Below, in pieces: positions 38,283-47,507 of a stretch of DNA of 64,000 bases. How positions within the stretch are numbered: the first letter of the stretch is position 1; each line of letters opens with the position of its first letter. Under the pieces are notes generated by a model, which saw nothing but the letters and a program-made list of their open reading frames with translations, did no database searches and was not told the origin of the DNA. Source of the stretch: a virus. Its lineage: Duplodnaviria > Caudoviricetes. The stretch spans positions 192,001 through 256,000 of the IMG/VR virus record IMGVR_UViG_3300028886_000036, one strand, 5' to 3'. Made by a program: the position numbers and the translations under genes.

Positions 38283-40883
38283 ATGGCATCACCATTAACT
38301 ACCTATATTAAATGGCTATCTATCCCGGAAGATATTCCATTTCCAGAAGAATGTAAGTCATTAAATATTAAAACTATTTTGAATCTAGCAGAAGAAGATC
38401 TATTTGCTGGATTGATGATGAATCAGCTGTTCAATGACGCATATGCTTATAATTATAGCATTGAAGATATTGCTAGACTTCATAAGAAACATAATAGTAC
38501 TTATAAGTTTAATTATATTAAGCAAGTTCCTAAACTTCCTGAACCAGTTAAAAAAGAAGAGGTTAAGGAAGTCGTAGTGCATAAGAAAACTAAATATAAA
38601 AGACCTAAAGAAAAACCAGGTATTACAGAAGAAATCAACCCTGAAGAGAATCCAATGCTGGTTAATGTCTATTATGATGGGGATAATAGACAAGTTGCTT
38701 ATGTAACCAGAGTTGATAGGAAAAGGTATATTGAGATAGTCGATGACAATGTTATGATGTATTATGGTAAAGATGATTATCTTAATGTTAGTGATGCTGC
38801 TAGATTGAAAAGTGAATTGGTTTCTTATAGATACCGTAATAAAACTATTGAAAAGCATAAAGAAGAACATCCTTATGATGCAATCTATAATGTAGATCTT
38901 AATATTGCTATTCCTAAAACAGTATCTTGGAAAGAGAATCATCCTAATGCTGGTACTTATAAATTAAGGATTAACTATATTGATATTGAGTTGTATCAGG
39001 AAGGTTATGGAGTAATTGACTTCTCTGATTTGAAAACTTCAGCTAGATTAATTCCAGTTAACTTGATTACTATTTATGATAATTATGATGATAAATATTA
39101 CACTTTGATTTACAATTTGAACCGGTCAGAAATTAAACCTGAACAAATTAAAGGATATTTAGACTATAAAGATGAATGTAATTTTGATGTAAGAATTTTT
39201 GATAAAGAAACTGATTTGTTTTTGGAGTTCTTTAGATTGCTAAAAGAATTTGATCCAGATCTAGTATCTGGATGGAATAGTGACGAGTTTGACTTACCCT
39301 ATATCAAATATAGAGCTGAATTTCTTGGTATTAAGAATCCTAAATTGGCTCATAATAAAGTGTTTGGTATTGAATATAAGACTCTTACCAATAAGCACAA
39401 TGAAGAAATTACTTATTGTATTCCTAAACTTGGCTATTCGGTTGCTTTGGATTATCAAAGATGTTATAAAGAGAGAGCTTTTGGTAAAAGAGAAAACTAT
39501 AAGCTTGGTACTATTTCACAATATGAACTTGGTATTACTAAACTTGATACTGAAGATGGTATGGATAAGATCTTTAGAGAAGAACCTGAACGTTTTATTG
39601 CATACAATATTAACGACGTTCATCTGGTTAGAAAGCTTGATGAAAAACTGAAGTATATCGATTTGTGCTTTAATATTATCCAGTTCGCTAATATTTCTTG
39701 GGATAGTGTTTATACCACACTTCATATTGTTGATGGCATTCTTTATGAGTATTTGATTAAGCAATCTAAAGTAATGAAGATTGTTAATAGAGATGTTGAA
39801 AAACAACCTTTCATGGGCGCATATGTGAGAAAACCAATTAGTGGAGTACATGATTGGTTAGGTGATTTGGATCTTACATCTCTGTATCCTTATATTATGG
39901 CTAGATATAATATTAGTGCAGATACTTATGTTGGAAAACTTGATTTTGAAGATAGTAAAGAATACATTTATAACAAGGAAGGCTTTATTAATAGTAACAA
40001 GAAGATTAATCTATATCTTAGAGTAGATGGCATTGAAAAAAGATATGAGATTAGTACTAAAGGCTTCCATGATAAAATGATTAAGAATAAGTACATCATT
40101 ACTTATACTGGTACTATCTTTAAAAGGCATGAAGATAAGTTGTCTGTTTTGTATGAAATTATTCAGATGCTTATTTCTAAACGTAAAGAGTATAAGGATC
40201 TGATGAAAGATAATATTGGCGTAAATGATATGCTGGTTGATAGATATAATGGAATGCAGATGACTGTTAAAGTTATTACTAACTCTTTGTATGGAGCTCA
40301 GTCTAATAATAGATTTAGAATGTATGATTATGAAGTAGCTAGATCTATTACTACTACTGGTAGAGAAATTGCTAAAGTAGCTGCTGTAGTTGCCAATGAT
40401 CTGATTAATCAAATGATTAGAAATAAGAGTGGCAAATTTAACAGTGTTGAGATTCCTTATGATTGGGAAGAAAAATCTGATGATATTCTTAGCAATGTTG
40501 TATATGGAGATTCAGTTACTGGAGACAGTTTGATTAGAACTGGTATTGGTAATATTCCAGTTAAGGATATTTGGGAGACTCAAATGAAAGCCTATCCTGA
40601 ATTGTCTAAAACTGGTGAGATTAACACTGGTTATGTTCAAATGAATGGCAAGGAGTATATCCTGAATCCTAATATAACAATACTTGGAGTAGACGACAGT
40701 TTATATATCCCAAGATACATTATGAAACATAAAGTTAAAAAGAAACTGTATAAAATTACAACTGAATCTGGTAAGTCAGTTACTGTTACAGAAGATCATA
40801 GTCTTATTGTTTATAGAAACAATGAGAAGCTGGTTATTAAGCCAACAGAATTGATTGACACAGATAAAGTGATTGTGATATAA
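38283..40883 (+). CDS. polB: family B DNA polymerase, N-terminal part fused to the N-half of a split intein
   Basis: exo motifs DIE, GWN...FDLPY, YNIND; DLTSLYP; K...NSLYG; extein ends YGD, then SVTGDS... with VTEDHSL (intein block B), ending DKVIVI. Confidence 0.95.
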   Translation: MASPLTTYIKWLSIPEDIPFPEECKSLNIKTILNLAEEDLFAGLMMNQLFNDAYAYNYSIEDIARLHKKHNSTYKFNYIKQVPKLPEPVKKEEVKEVVVHKKTKYKRPKEKPGITEEINPEENPMLVNVYYDGDNRQVAYVTRVDRKRYIEIVDDNVMMYYGKDDYLNVSDAARLKSELVSYRYRNKTIEKHKEEHPYDAIYNVDLNIAIPKTVSWKENHPNAGTYKLRINYIDIELYQEGYGVIDFSDLKTSARLIPVNLITIYDNYDDKYYTLIYNLNRSEIKPEQIKGYLDYKDECNFDVRIFDKETDLFLEFFRLLKEFDPDLVSGWNSDEFDLPYIKYRAEFLGIKNPKLAHNKVFGIEYKTLTNKHNEEITYCIPKLGYSVALDYQRCYKERAFGKRENYKLGTISQYELGITKLDTEDGMDKIFREEPERFIAYNINDVHLVRKLDEKLKYIDLCFNIIQFANISWDSVYTTLHIVDGILYEYLIKQSKVMKIVNRDVEKQPFMGAYVRKPISGVHDWLGDLDLTSLYPYIMARYNISADTYVGKLDFEDSKEYIYNKEGFINSNKKINLYLRVDGIEKRYEISTKGFHDKMIKNKYIITYTGTIFKRHEDKLSVLYEIIQMLISKRKEYKDLMKDNIGVNDMLVDRYNGMQMTVKVITNSLYGAQSNNRFRMYDYEVARSITTTGREIAKVAAVVANDLINQMIRNKSGKFNSVEIPYDWEEKSDDILSNVVYGDSVTGDSLIRTGIGNIPVKDIWETQMKAYPELSKTGEINTGYVQMNGKEYILNPNITILGVDDSLYIPRYIMKHKVKKKLYKITTESGKSVTVTEDHSLIVYRNNEKLVIKPTELIDTDKVIVI
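40512..40883 (+). mobile_element. split intein N-fragment (123 aa, Ser1)
   Basis: block A SVTGDSLI immediately after YGD; block B TEDH. Confidence 0.9.
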
Positions 40884-40897
40884 TTTAATAGAAGGAG

Positions 40898-41473
40898 ATG
40901 TTGTTTTATATGAGTGATAGAAATATAGTCGATTTTAATGGCTTACAGACATATGATAATAATATTAAAAGATATATTAGTGAAGTTGGTAATACAAACT
41001 ATGCACCAATGTCACATACGCATTATCTTGGAGATATAGGTTTCACTCCAGATAATGGTACTATTCCAAACGATGATGTTTATAGGTTGAAAGGATTTAG
41101 AAACTGTCAAATCTTTGTCAATTACGATAGCGATAATATTAATATTGATACTGATAAATATGACTTAGCTTATATTAATGTTTCTAGAGATATTAACATT
41201 ACTTTAAGAATCGGAGCTACCGAAGGTGTGTCTCCCAAGAGTCATGCTAGATGCTTAAAGATTATTTTAAATAATGCCTATAATCATAATATTACTTGGA
41301 ACTATAGTAGTAATTTTATTTGGAGAGATAATGATGTTACTTTCTCTGATGAAGCAAATAAGGTTGATATTGTCGAACTTATTACTGCTGGATTAGATGC
41401 TAATGGAGAAGTAGCAGAAATTAATCCTACTAGTAATGTTATTTGGTATGGTAATATTTCTAAATCATATTAA
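40898..41473 (+). CDS. tail-fibre-associated-like protein
   Basis: ITW....IW.......ANKVDIV.L....WYG pattern of fibre C-terminal domains. Confidence 0.45.
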   Translation: MLFYMSDRNIVDFNGLQTYDNNIKRYISEVGNTNYAPMSHTHYLGDIGFTPDNGTIPNDDVYRLKGFRNCQIFVNYDSDNINIDTDKYDLAYINVSRDINITLRIGATEGVSPKSHARCLKIILNNAYNHNITWNYSSNFIWRDNDVTFSDEANKVDIVELITAGLDANGEVAEINPTSNVIWYGNISKSY

Positions 41474-41493
41474 TGAAAGGGATTGATTAACAA

Positions 41494-41769
41494 ATGGGAG
41501 TTAAACAAGTTTTTACAAAAAAAGAGGCTAGAGAGATTTGTAGAAGACTCGGGCTTTCTGAAATAGCTTTGAGTAATGATACTTGTATTGTTGCTCAGAA
41601 TGATAAGGGTCATATCTATAAGTTTCCTATCGGAGTTCCTGGCAAGGTAGAAGTTACTAATAAGCCAGTTGTGAATGCTGTTAAGGAAGAAAAGGTAGAA
41701 CCTGAGAAGCCAGTTAAAAGAAAGCGTGGTCGTCCACCTAAGAAAAAGAAAGTGGAGGAAACAGAATAA
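41494..41769 (+). CDS. small protein with AT-hook motif
   Basis: KRKRGRPPKKKK. Confidence 0.6.
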   Translation: MGVKQVFTKKEAREICRRLGLSEIALSNDTCIVAQNDKGHIYKFPIGVPGKVEVTNKPVVNAVKEEKVEPEKPVKRKRGRPPKKKKVEETE

Positions 41770-41786
41770 GAAAGGACTGATTCTTA

Positions 41787-42365
41787 TTGAATTCAGTATC
41801 TAAGAATATATTAGATTTACTTAAAGTTATTGCACAGAATCAGATGCAATTAGCTAAAAAAGTAGATGAGATGAACAATAAGCTTCAGGAGTTTTTTGAT
41901 GAAGCCACTACTGAACCTCCAGTAGATTTAGAAGAATTTAGTATAGAACCTGAAAGAAATCCTCCTGTTAAAAAGAAAAAGATTGACAGTAAAATGTTTG
42001 ATGAATTTGTTCTTCAAGAAAAAGAAAGAAGAACACCGAAGGGACAAGCTACTCAGGTTAAAAAGAAAACTAAAGTTACAGCAAATCCTGGCATTAATGC
42101 TAATAAGATAAGGATTATAAATGGAAGTGATGGCTCTGACATTTCAGATGAAAGTACTGTAGTTTCAGCTGATATTGATTCAATTAAACCAACTGATTCT
42201 GCTAAAGAAAAATTGAGAAAGCTAGGTATGCCACTTCCTTCATTATCTAATGCTGCTCCTGAATTAGCAGATATTGAAAAGGCAAAGATTTTAGAGGCAG
42301 AAATTGCTAGAGAACAAAAGAAAGCTGATTTAAAGAAACCTAAAGAAGAAGTAAAAGAAAAATAA
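41787..42365 (+). CDS. hypothetical charged protein
   Basis: ORF track, RBS. Confidence 0.6.
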   Translation: MNSVSKNILDLLKVIAQNQMQLAKKVDEMNNKLQEFFDEATTEPPVDLEEFSIEPERNPPVKKKKIDSKMFDEFVLQEKERRTPKGQATQVKKKTKVTANPGINANKIRIINGSDGSDISDESTVVSADIDSIKPTDSAKEKLRKLGMPLPSLSNAAPELADIEKAKILEAEIAREQKKADLKKPKEEVKEK

Positions 42366-42470
42366 GGAAGTGTTATTTTGAAATTGGTATTGGAACACTA
42401 TGCTATGTTTATATGCATTTGGTGTGCTGAATATATGATTGCAAATCTTATTTAGAAAGGGAGTATTTTA

Positions 42471-42797
42471 GTGGCAACTAAAGTTTTAACAGATACTGGT
42501 CATTTTGATATAATGGATTATACTGTTACTAAGTTTTATGGTAAAGATATTTATAAGCCTTATAAAGAGTATGGTGTTAAAGCATATTTCGAGGCATTGA
42601 AAGAAGCTATTAAAGGCATTGCTTCGCCGCCTTCATATATTTTGGTATTTGATAATAAAAAGTATACCTGCAAGCTGTTTGTTAATCAGAAAGAAGTTAA
42701 ACCAAAGAATCCCGGTGAGCTTCAGAAGAAGATTGATAAATATAAAAGGATGAAGTTTAAAGAGAATACCAAGGAGGATAATAGTAATGAAGGTTAG
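42471..42797 (+). CDS. hypothetical protein
   Basis: ORF track, RBS. Confidence 0.6.
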   Translation: MATKVLTDTGHFDIMDYTVTKFYGKDIYKPYKEYGVKAYFEALKEAIKGIASPPSYILVFDNKKYTCKLFVNQKEVKPKNPGELQKKIDKYKRMKFKENTKEDNSNEG

Positions 42798-43458
42798 ACT
42801 TATTGCCGAAACTAATAACCCAGAATATGTTGTTACATTGGCTGCGGCTACTTGTTATAGTGATAAAGAATACACTGAGCTTTATGATAAGTGTAACGAT
42901 AAAAAGTATCAGGAGACCCTTATTACTAAACTTCTTTCTAGTGGGCATGAAAGTCCTTTTGAGCATGCTTGTTTTACATTCTTTATTGAAGGAGTATCTA
43001 GATCTATGACTCACCAATTGGTAAGACATAGGATTGCATCATATTCCCAGCGATCTCAGAGATATACTAAAATGAAACCTTCAGAATTTAATATCCCAGA
43101 GAGTATTAGTTCTGATCCAGAAAAGAAGAAAGCTTTTGAAGAACATCTTAAAGATACATTCCAGCTCTATGATGAATTGATTGCTGGTGGAGTTCCTAAA
43201 GAAGATGCTAGAGAGATTCTTCCTAATGCAACTCAAACTACTATTGTAATGACTATGAATCTTAGAGAGCTTAGACACTTTATGGAATTGAGAATGTGTA
43301 ATAGAGCTTCTACAGAAATTAGAGCAGTTGCTGATGAGGTTTATTCTATTCTTAAAATGTATCATCCTTTACTGGTTATCGGTGCAGGACCCAAATGCTG
43401 GTATGGTAAATGCACTGAAGAACATAAAACTAAAGATTGCCCTAAAAAGAAAATTTAA
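42787..43458 (+). CDS. thyX: flavin-dependent thymidylate synthase
   Basis: GHESPFEH, THQLVRHRIASYSQRSQRY, KEDAR.ILP, MNLREL.HF..LR. Confidence 0.97.
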   Translation: MKVRLIAETNNPEYVVTLAAATCYSDKEYTELYDKCNDKKYQETLITKLLSSGHESPFEHACFTFFIEGVSRSMTHQLVRHRIASYSQRSQRYTKMKPSEFNIPESISSDPEKKKAFEEHLKDTFQLYDELIAGGVPKEDAREILPNATQTTIVMTMNLRELRHFMELRMCNRASTEIRAVADEVYSILKMYHPLLVIGAGPKCWYGKCTEEHKTKDCPKKKI

Positions 43459-43504
43459 TAAACAAAAAGAAACTACCGTAGTGATACGGTAGTTTCTTTT
43501 TTAA

Positions 43505-43942
43505 TTATGAGTTCACATGGATAAATCCAAGTAAGTCGCCAATATTAAATTCATTTAAGATAGCTAACGCCTTATCATAGAGATCCTTTTTTATTTTTTC
43601 ATAGTCAAACTTAACTTGACTCTTAATGAATGCTTGATTAGGATCTTTCAAAATAGTTGAATAGAACAAAGATGACATTAGATCTTTAAAGCTATAGAAA
43701 ACTTGGTAACAACCATCTTCTCTAATAAATAGATAGATGTCATAGTATCTATTAACTACAGCCTCCCAAGGTACCTGCCCATATTTAAAGGTAATACCGT
43801 TTGTTAAACAGTATTCTTTAAACAGGTCAAGTGACACAAACTGAAGTACTTTAACTTTTTCAGGAATAAACGCCTTAGCATCCTGGAGTTTTTCAATCTT
43901 CATCCAAAGATTATAGTAATAATTCTGCTCTACAGTTTCCAT
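43505..43942 (-). CDS. hypothetical protein
   Basis: GGAGG RBS. Confidence 0.65.
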   Translation of the reverse strand: METVEQNYYYNLWMKIEKLQDAKAFIPEKVKVLQFVSLDLFKEYCLTNGITFKYGQVPWEAVVNRYYDIYLFIREDGCYQVFYSFKDLMSSLFYSTILKDPNQAFIKSQVKFDYEKIKKDLYDKALAILNEFNIGDLLGFIHVNS

Positions 43943-43953
43943 TAAAATTCCTC

Positions 43954-44265
43954 CTAATCAATATTAGATGGTCTATCTCCACACATCTTTATAAAGGTAT
44001 GTGCTATCTCACAAATATCATACTTATCGTCATCTTTAACAAACTTATTATTGTGATATGTACAACTATAACAGTCGTTACAAATAAAATCTTTAAGCAT
44101 AGTTAATCCCAAGGTTCTAATAAATTTTGCTTTGCCAGCACATACTTCATCAACTGTATGATCATGACTAGCATTTATAGGACAGCGGCTATTACATTTA
44201 GTATAAGACAAACATCTATTTGTAAATTGTATACTATAGTATAATACTACTGCAAAATGATTCAT
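43954..44265 (-). CDS. Cys-rich small protein (family member 3)
   Basis: two Cys clusters. Confidence 0.6.
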   Translation of the reverse strand: MNHFAVVLYYSIQFTNRCLSYTKCNSRCPINASHDHTVDEVCAGKAKFIRTLGLTMLKDFICNDCYSCTYHNNKFVKDDDKYDICEIAHTFIKMCGDRPSNID

Positions 44266-44474
44266 TCTTTATCCTCAAAAGACATATCCATAAAATATTC
44301 ATCTTCATTGTCAGTACAGACTGCTATAGCGCCCTGATGAAGATATCCTAAAATCGCCATAAGATTATTAACATCATTCTCGTCAATTCGTATTTCAATA
44401 GGAGTATACTCTTTGAACACAAATTTTATAGTTTTCATACCGTTCCTCCATATCTCAACTTTTTTATAATACAC
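44262..44474 (-). CDS. small hypothetical protein
   Basis: ORF track. Confidence 0.5.
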   Translation of the reverse strand: MYYKKVEIWRNGMKTIKFVFKEYTPIEIRIDENDVNNLMAILGYLHQGAIAVCTDNEDEYFMDMSFEDKE

Positions 44475-44769
44475 CGTTACCTTTCATTTCAGAATATTTT
44501 ACTGCTAATATATTAGTAGAACACGATCCTCTCCCTTCCCATATTACATGTTGTTTGTATTCACAAGATATACAATTTTTATGTTGTGAACAAAATCCCC
44601 TGGCAGTTACAATAATCTTATTACTGTCATGAAATTTAGAAGATACTGATACATATCTATATAATGTGCAACAATCTCCCTTTGATTTATACCGACAACT
44701 ATTGCAGCATACTTGAGTCATACAATAATTTATTAAAACAATATTTGTAGCGAGATCTAATTTTCTCAT
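44464..44769 (-). CDS. Cys-rich small protein (family member 2)
   Basis: DL..NI.L.NYCM...C..C shared with 44821. Confidence 0.65.
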   Translation of the reverse strand: MRKLDLATNIVLINYCMTQVCCNSCRYKSKGDCCTLYRYVSVSSKFHDSNKIIVTARGFCSQHKNCISCEYKQHVIWEGRGSCSTNILAVKYSEMKGNGVL

Positions 44770-44820
44770 AATTTCACCTCTTATTATACCACAAACACAT
44801 CTAATTGCTAAAGCACTTAT

Positions 44821-45135
44821 TTACTTCAATTTCATCCCTTTGAGAAGTACATATCTTAAAGCAGTAATACTAGCAGCACAATATTCCTCCTTGCCTCCGG
44901 TAGCTAATATACAGTCATACTTACAACATCCAGAACTACTATCACAAATCTCTAGTAGTTTTGATATAATATTCTCATCAAACACCTCTTTAGCTCCATC
45001 TAATGCCCATCTAGTTATATTACACACTTGAGGTTCATTCTCATCTAAAAACTTACATTTATAACAATACTCAACCCCCATACAATAATTAGCCAAGCAT
45101 ATATTTAGTACCAAATCATATCTTACACGCTTCAT
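44821..45135 (-). CDS. Cys-rich small protein (family member 1)
   Basis: class-I motif at 45178; paralog of 44464. Confidence 0.65.
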   Translation of the reverse strand: MKRVRYDLVLNICLANYCMGVEYCYKCKFLDENEPQVCNITRWALDGAKEVFDENIISKLLEICDSSSGCCKYDCILATGGKEEYCAASITALRYVLLKGMKLK

Positions 45136-45199
45136 AAGACCACCTCTTCTAAAATATAAACTAAATGAACAGTGTAATAATATACTTATAAATTTTTAC

Positions 45200-45227
45200 T
45201 TGACAAGATGAAATAATCGTGTATAAT
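45200..45227 (+). promoter_or_regulatory. sigma-A/70-type promoter of the polymerase C-half
   Basis: TTGACA-N16-TATAAT. Confidence 0.7.
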
Positions 45228-45249
45228 AACAGTGTGAGGTGAGAAAAAG

Positions 45250-45369
45250 ATGAAGCTTGAACGGATTAAATCAGTTGAAGTTATAGACCCAAATTATGAT
45301 GTAGATGTTTATGACTTTGAACTGCCAGTCGAACATAACTTCTTTGCTAATGATATTCTAGTGCATAAT
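45250..45369 (+). mobile_element. split intein C-fragment (40 aa, His-Asn, Thr+1)
   Basis: blocks F/G: VYD...HNFFAN.ILVHN|T. Confidence 0.92.
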
Positions 45370-46239
45370 ACTGATTCAATCTTTACCAAGTATGGAGATG
45401 CATTAAAAGCTATCTATGGAGATGAATATGATGATATCTCCGATACTGATAAGATTAGTAAAGTTATTGAATTGAATGAGTCTGTAGCACAGTACATTAA
45501 CAATGTAATGATACCAGATTTGCTAGAAAAACACAATACCTCTGCTACAGAATCTAGTGCTAAGAAGTTTAACTTTAACTTTAAACAGGAACTAGTTATT
45601 AGAAAAGCATTGTTTATTGAAGCTAAAAAGAAGTATGCAACTTGGCTGGTTTCAAAAGAAGGTAAACCTCTTGATAAGATTAATATTACTGGTCTAGAAA
45701 TTGTTAGATCTGATTTCCCGAAATTTAGTAGGGATATGATGAGAAATGTAGTTAATGATATTCTGAAAAAGGGTATCACTAAAGAAGATCTAATTATTAT
45801 GTTATCTCAGTATAAAGATCAGTATATGGAACTACTTCAAACTGGATCTACAGATGCTGCTATACCTAGTTCTTGGAATAAAGAGAACTATGCTAGTGTA
45901 CCTAGAGCTGTTAAATCGATGTTAATCTACAATGCTATCTATGGCAATACATTTAAGATACTGGATAGAGGTTATAGATTTGACTTGGAAAATATTAATA
46001 TAAGTCAGTTTGATGAGACAGTTAGAAAACGCTTGACAGATTTAGTTGAGAGTGGTAAAATGGGAAAAGAAGGTAAGTTGGATTGCATCACTATCCCATC
46101 AGGTAGTGTATTAGATACAAGTAAGTTTACCATTGATTACAACAAGATGGTTGGATTTGCAATCGATGATAGACTGAAAAATTTCTGTGAGATATTTGGT
46201 ATCAGTATTGAGGATCCTGATGCAATAAGTTGGATCTAA
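45250..46239 (+). CDS. polB: family B DNA polymerase, C-terminal part fused to the C-half of a split intein
   Basis: 40-aa IntC (VYDFEL...HNFFANDILVHN) then TDSIF, KKKYA, GLEIVRSD. Confidence 0.95.
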   Translation: MKLERIKSVEVIDPNYDVDVYDFELPVEHNFFANDILVHNTDSIFTKYGDALKAIYGDEYDDISDTDKISKVIELNESVAQYINNVMIPDLLEKHNTSATESSAKKFNFNFKQELVIRKALFIEAKKKYATWLVSKEGKPLDKINITGLEIVRSDFPKFSRDMMRNVVNDILKKGITKEDLIIMLSQYKDQYMELLQTGSTDAAIPSSWNKENYASVPRAVKSMLIYNAIYGNTFKILDRGYRFDLENINISQFDETVRKRLTDLVESGKMGKEGKLDCITIPSGSVLDTSKFTIDYNKMVGFAIDDRLKNFCEIFGISIEDPDAISWI

Positions 46240-46269
46240 TATCTTTAATAGGAGGTAATTGAAGTTCAG

Positions 46270-46452
46270 ATGGCTAAAGGACTGAAGAAGTTCAAGGATG
46301 ATATGTATGAGGACTATACGTCTAGGAACAGAAATAAGGACAAAGGGAAACCATCATATCACAAGGGTACATCGCCTAGAAACACCGACGATGATGAGTT
46401 TGACAGGACCACTAAGTTTGGTGGTAAGAAATCTAATTCTAGGAGGAAATAG
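46270..46452 (+). CDS. small basic protein
   Basis: AGGAGG RBS. Confidence 0.6.
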   Translation: MAKGLKKFKDDMYEDYTSRNRNKDKGKPSYHKGTSPRNTDDDEFDRTTKFGGKKSNSRRK

Positions 46453-46457
46453 TTAAG

Positions 46458-46955
46458 ATGATTATTTATGTAGTTAACGAAGAGAAAAAGAAAGTATGTG
46501 CGTATATGCCGGATTGCAGACAGGATTTTATTAACTATGTTTATAATTGTGGTTCGGTGAATAATGATGGTAGGCTTAAGTTTATTGCAGATATTGTTTC
46601 TTTCGACAAGCTTGCCAAGTTCCCTGACAAGTTCTTTGCAGTAGCCACCTGTGATGATAGGGATGATTTTGATCCTGAAATTGGTAAGGAAATTGCAAAA
46701 GCTAAATTGCTTGTTAAGTATTACAACACTAGGGCTAGGTTTATTCGTAGCATCTATGAAGAGGCTATTGAGTATTTCAATAAGTTCGCTGAGTCACTCC
46801 AGACTGGTTATGAAGTTGCTCTTCAGAAGGTTGAAGATAGCCAGAATTATGTTGATGATGTTAATCAGATTCCAGATCATAATGAACAGCTTGAAATTGA
46901 GCTTAATGGTGATGTGGAAGTTAACGATGAAGAAGATACTTCTTCTGAAGAATAA
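46458..46955 (+). CDS. hypothetical phage protein
   Basis: A.C...D.FD.E.GK..A..K motif common in Firmicute phages. Confidence 0.65.
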   Translation: MIIYVVNEEKKKVCAYMPDCRQDFINYVYNCGSVNNDGRLKFIADIVSFDKLAKFPDKFFAVATCDDRDDFDPEIGKEIAKAKLLVKYYNTRARFIRSIYEEAIEYFNKFAESLQTGYEVALQKVEDSQNYVDDVNQIPDHNEQLEIELNGDVEVNDEEDTSSEE

Positions 46956-46978
46956 TTATATTAAGGAGATTGATAACT

Positions 46979-47425
46979 ATGTCGTGTCAGTTTAATCGTG
47001 TTATTATTGCGGGAAATCTTGGTTCTGATCCTTTCTACAAACAGCGTGATGATGGTCGTGATTTCTGCACTTTCCGACTTTTTGTTAATAGGACTTTCTT
47101 TATGAGAGATCCTGCTACTGGAGAAGTTGTTAAGAAGGAATCTGTTGATAGCCCTGTTATTCAGTGCTGGGGTAAGAATGCTGAACGCATGGGTAAGTAC
47201 CTTACCAAAGGTCGTAACGTTCTGATTGAAGGCCATATTGAGACTCATCAGTGGCAGGATAAGAATGACCCAAATGTGATGCATAATGAAACTGTTGTTA
47301 TGGCTGACGACTTCAAGTTTATCGATAAGCCTCGTTCTGCTGAAGCTACCCCTAAAGCCTATACTAAAGAAGATACTCCAGTTGATAACACCGGAGATGT
47401 TGATACTGTAGCAGTTGACATTTAA
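46979..47425 (+). CDS. ssb: bacterial-type single-stranded DNA-binding protein
   Basis: NRVII.GNLG.DP, WGK.AE...YL.KG..V.IEG. Confidence 0.92.
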   Translation: MSCQFNRVIIAGNLGSDPFYKQRDDGRDFCTFRLFVNRTFFMRDPATGEVVKKESVDSPVIQCWGKNAERMGKYLTKGRNVLIEGHIETHQWQDKNDPNVMHNETVVMADDFKFIDKPRSAEATPKAYTKEDTPVDNTGDVDTVAVDI

Positions 47426-47507
47426 CTAAAAAGCTGGTATAATTCTTATAGCACAATATAAGAGCTATACCAGCTCTTTTTATATCTCTAGATTGGGAGT
47501 GGTAATT

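Noticed and set aside
38400-40412. Antisense and off-frame ORFs within polB, and similar ones in other long genes
   Set aside because: No RBS, shadow-frame composition, and they overlap a well-supported gene.
40884-45249. Group I/II intron or homing endonuclease explaining the polB gap
   Set aside because: The gap is filled with ordinary genes on both strands, both halves have intein termini and their own promoter/RBS, and no HNH, GIY-YIG or LAGLIDADG motif was recognised.
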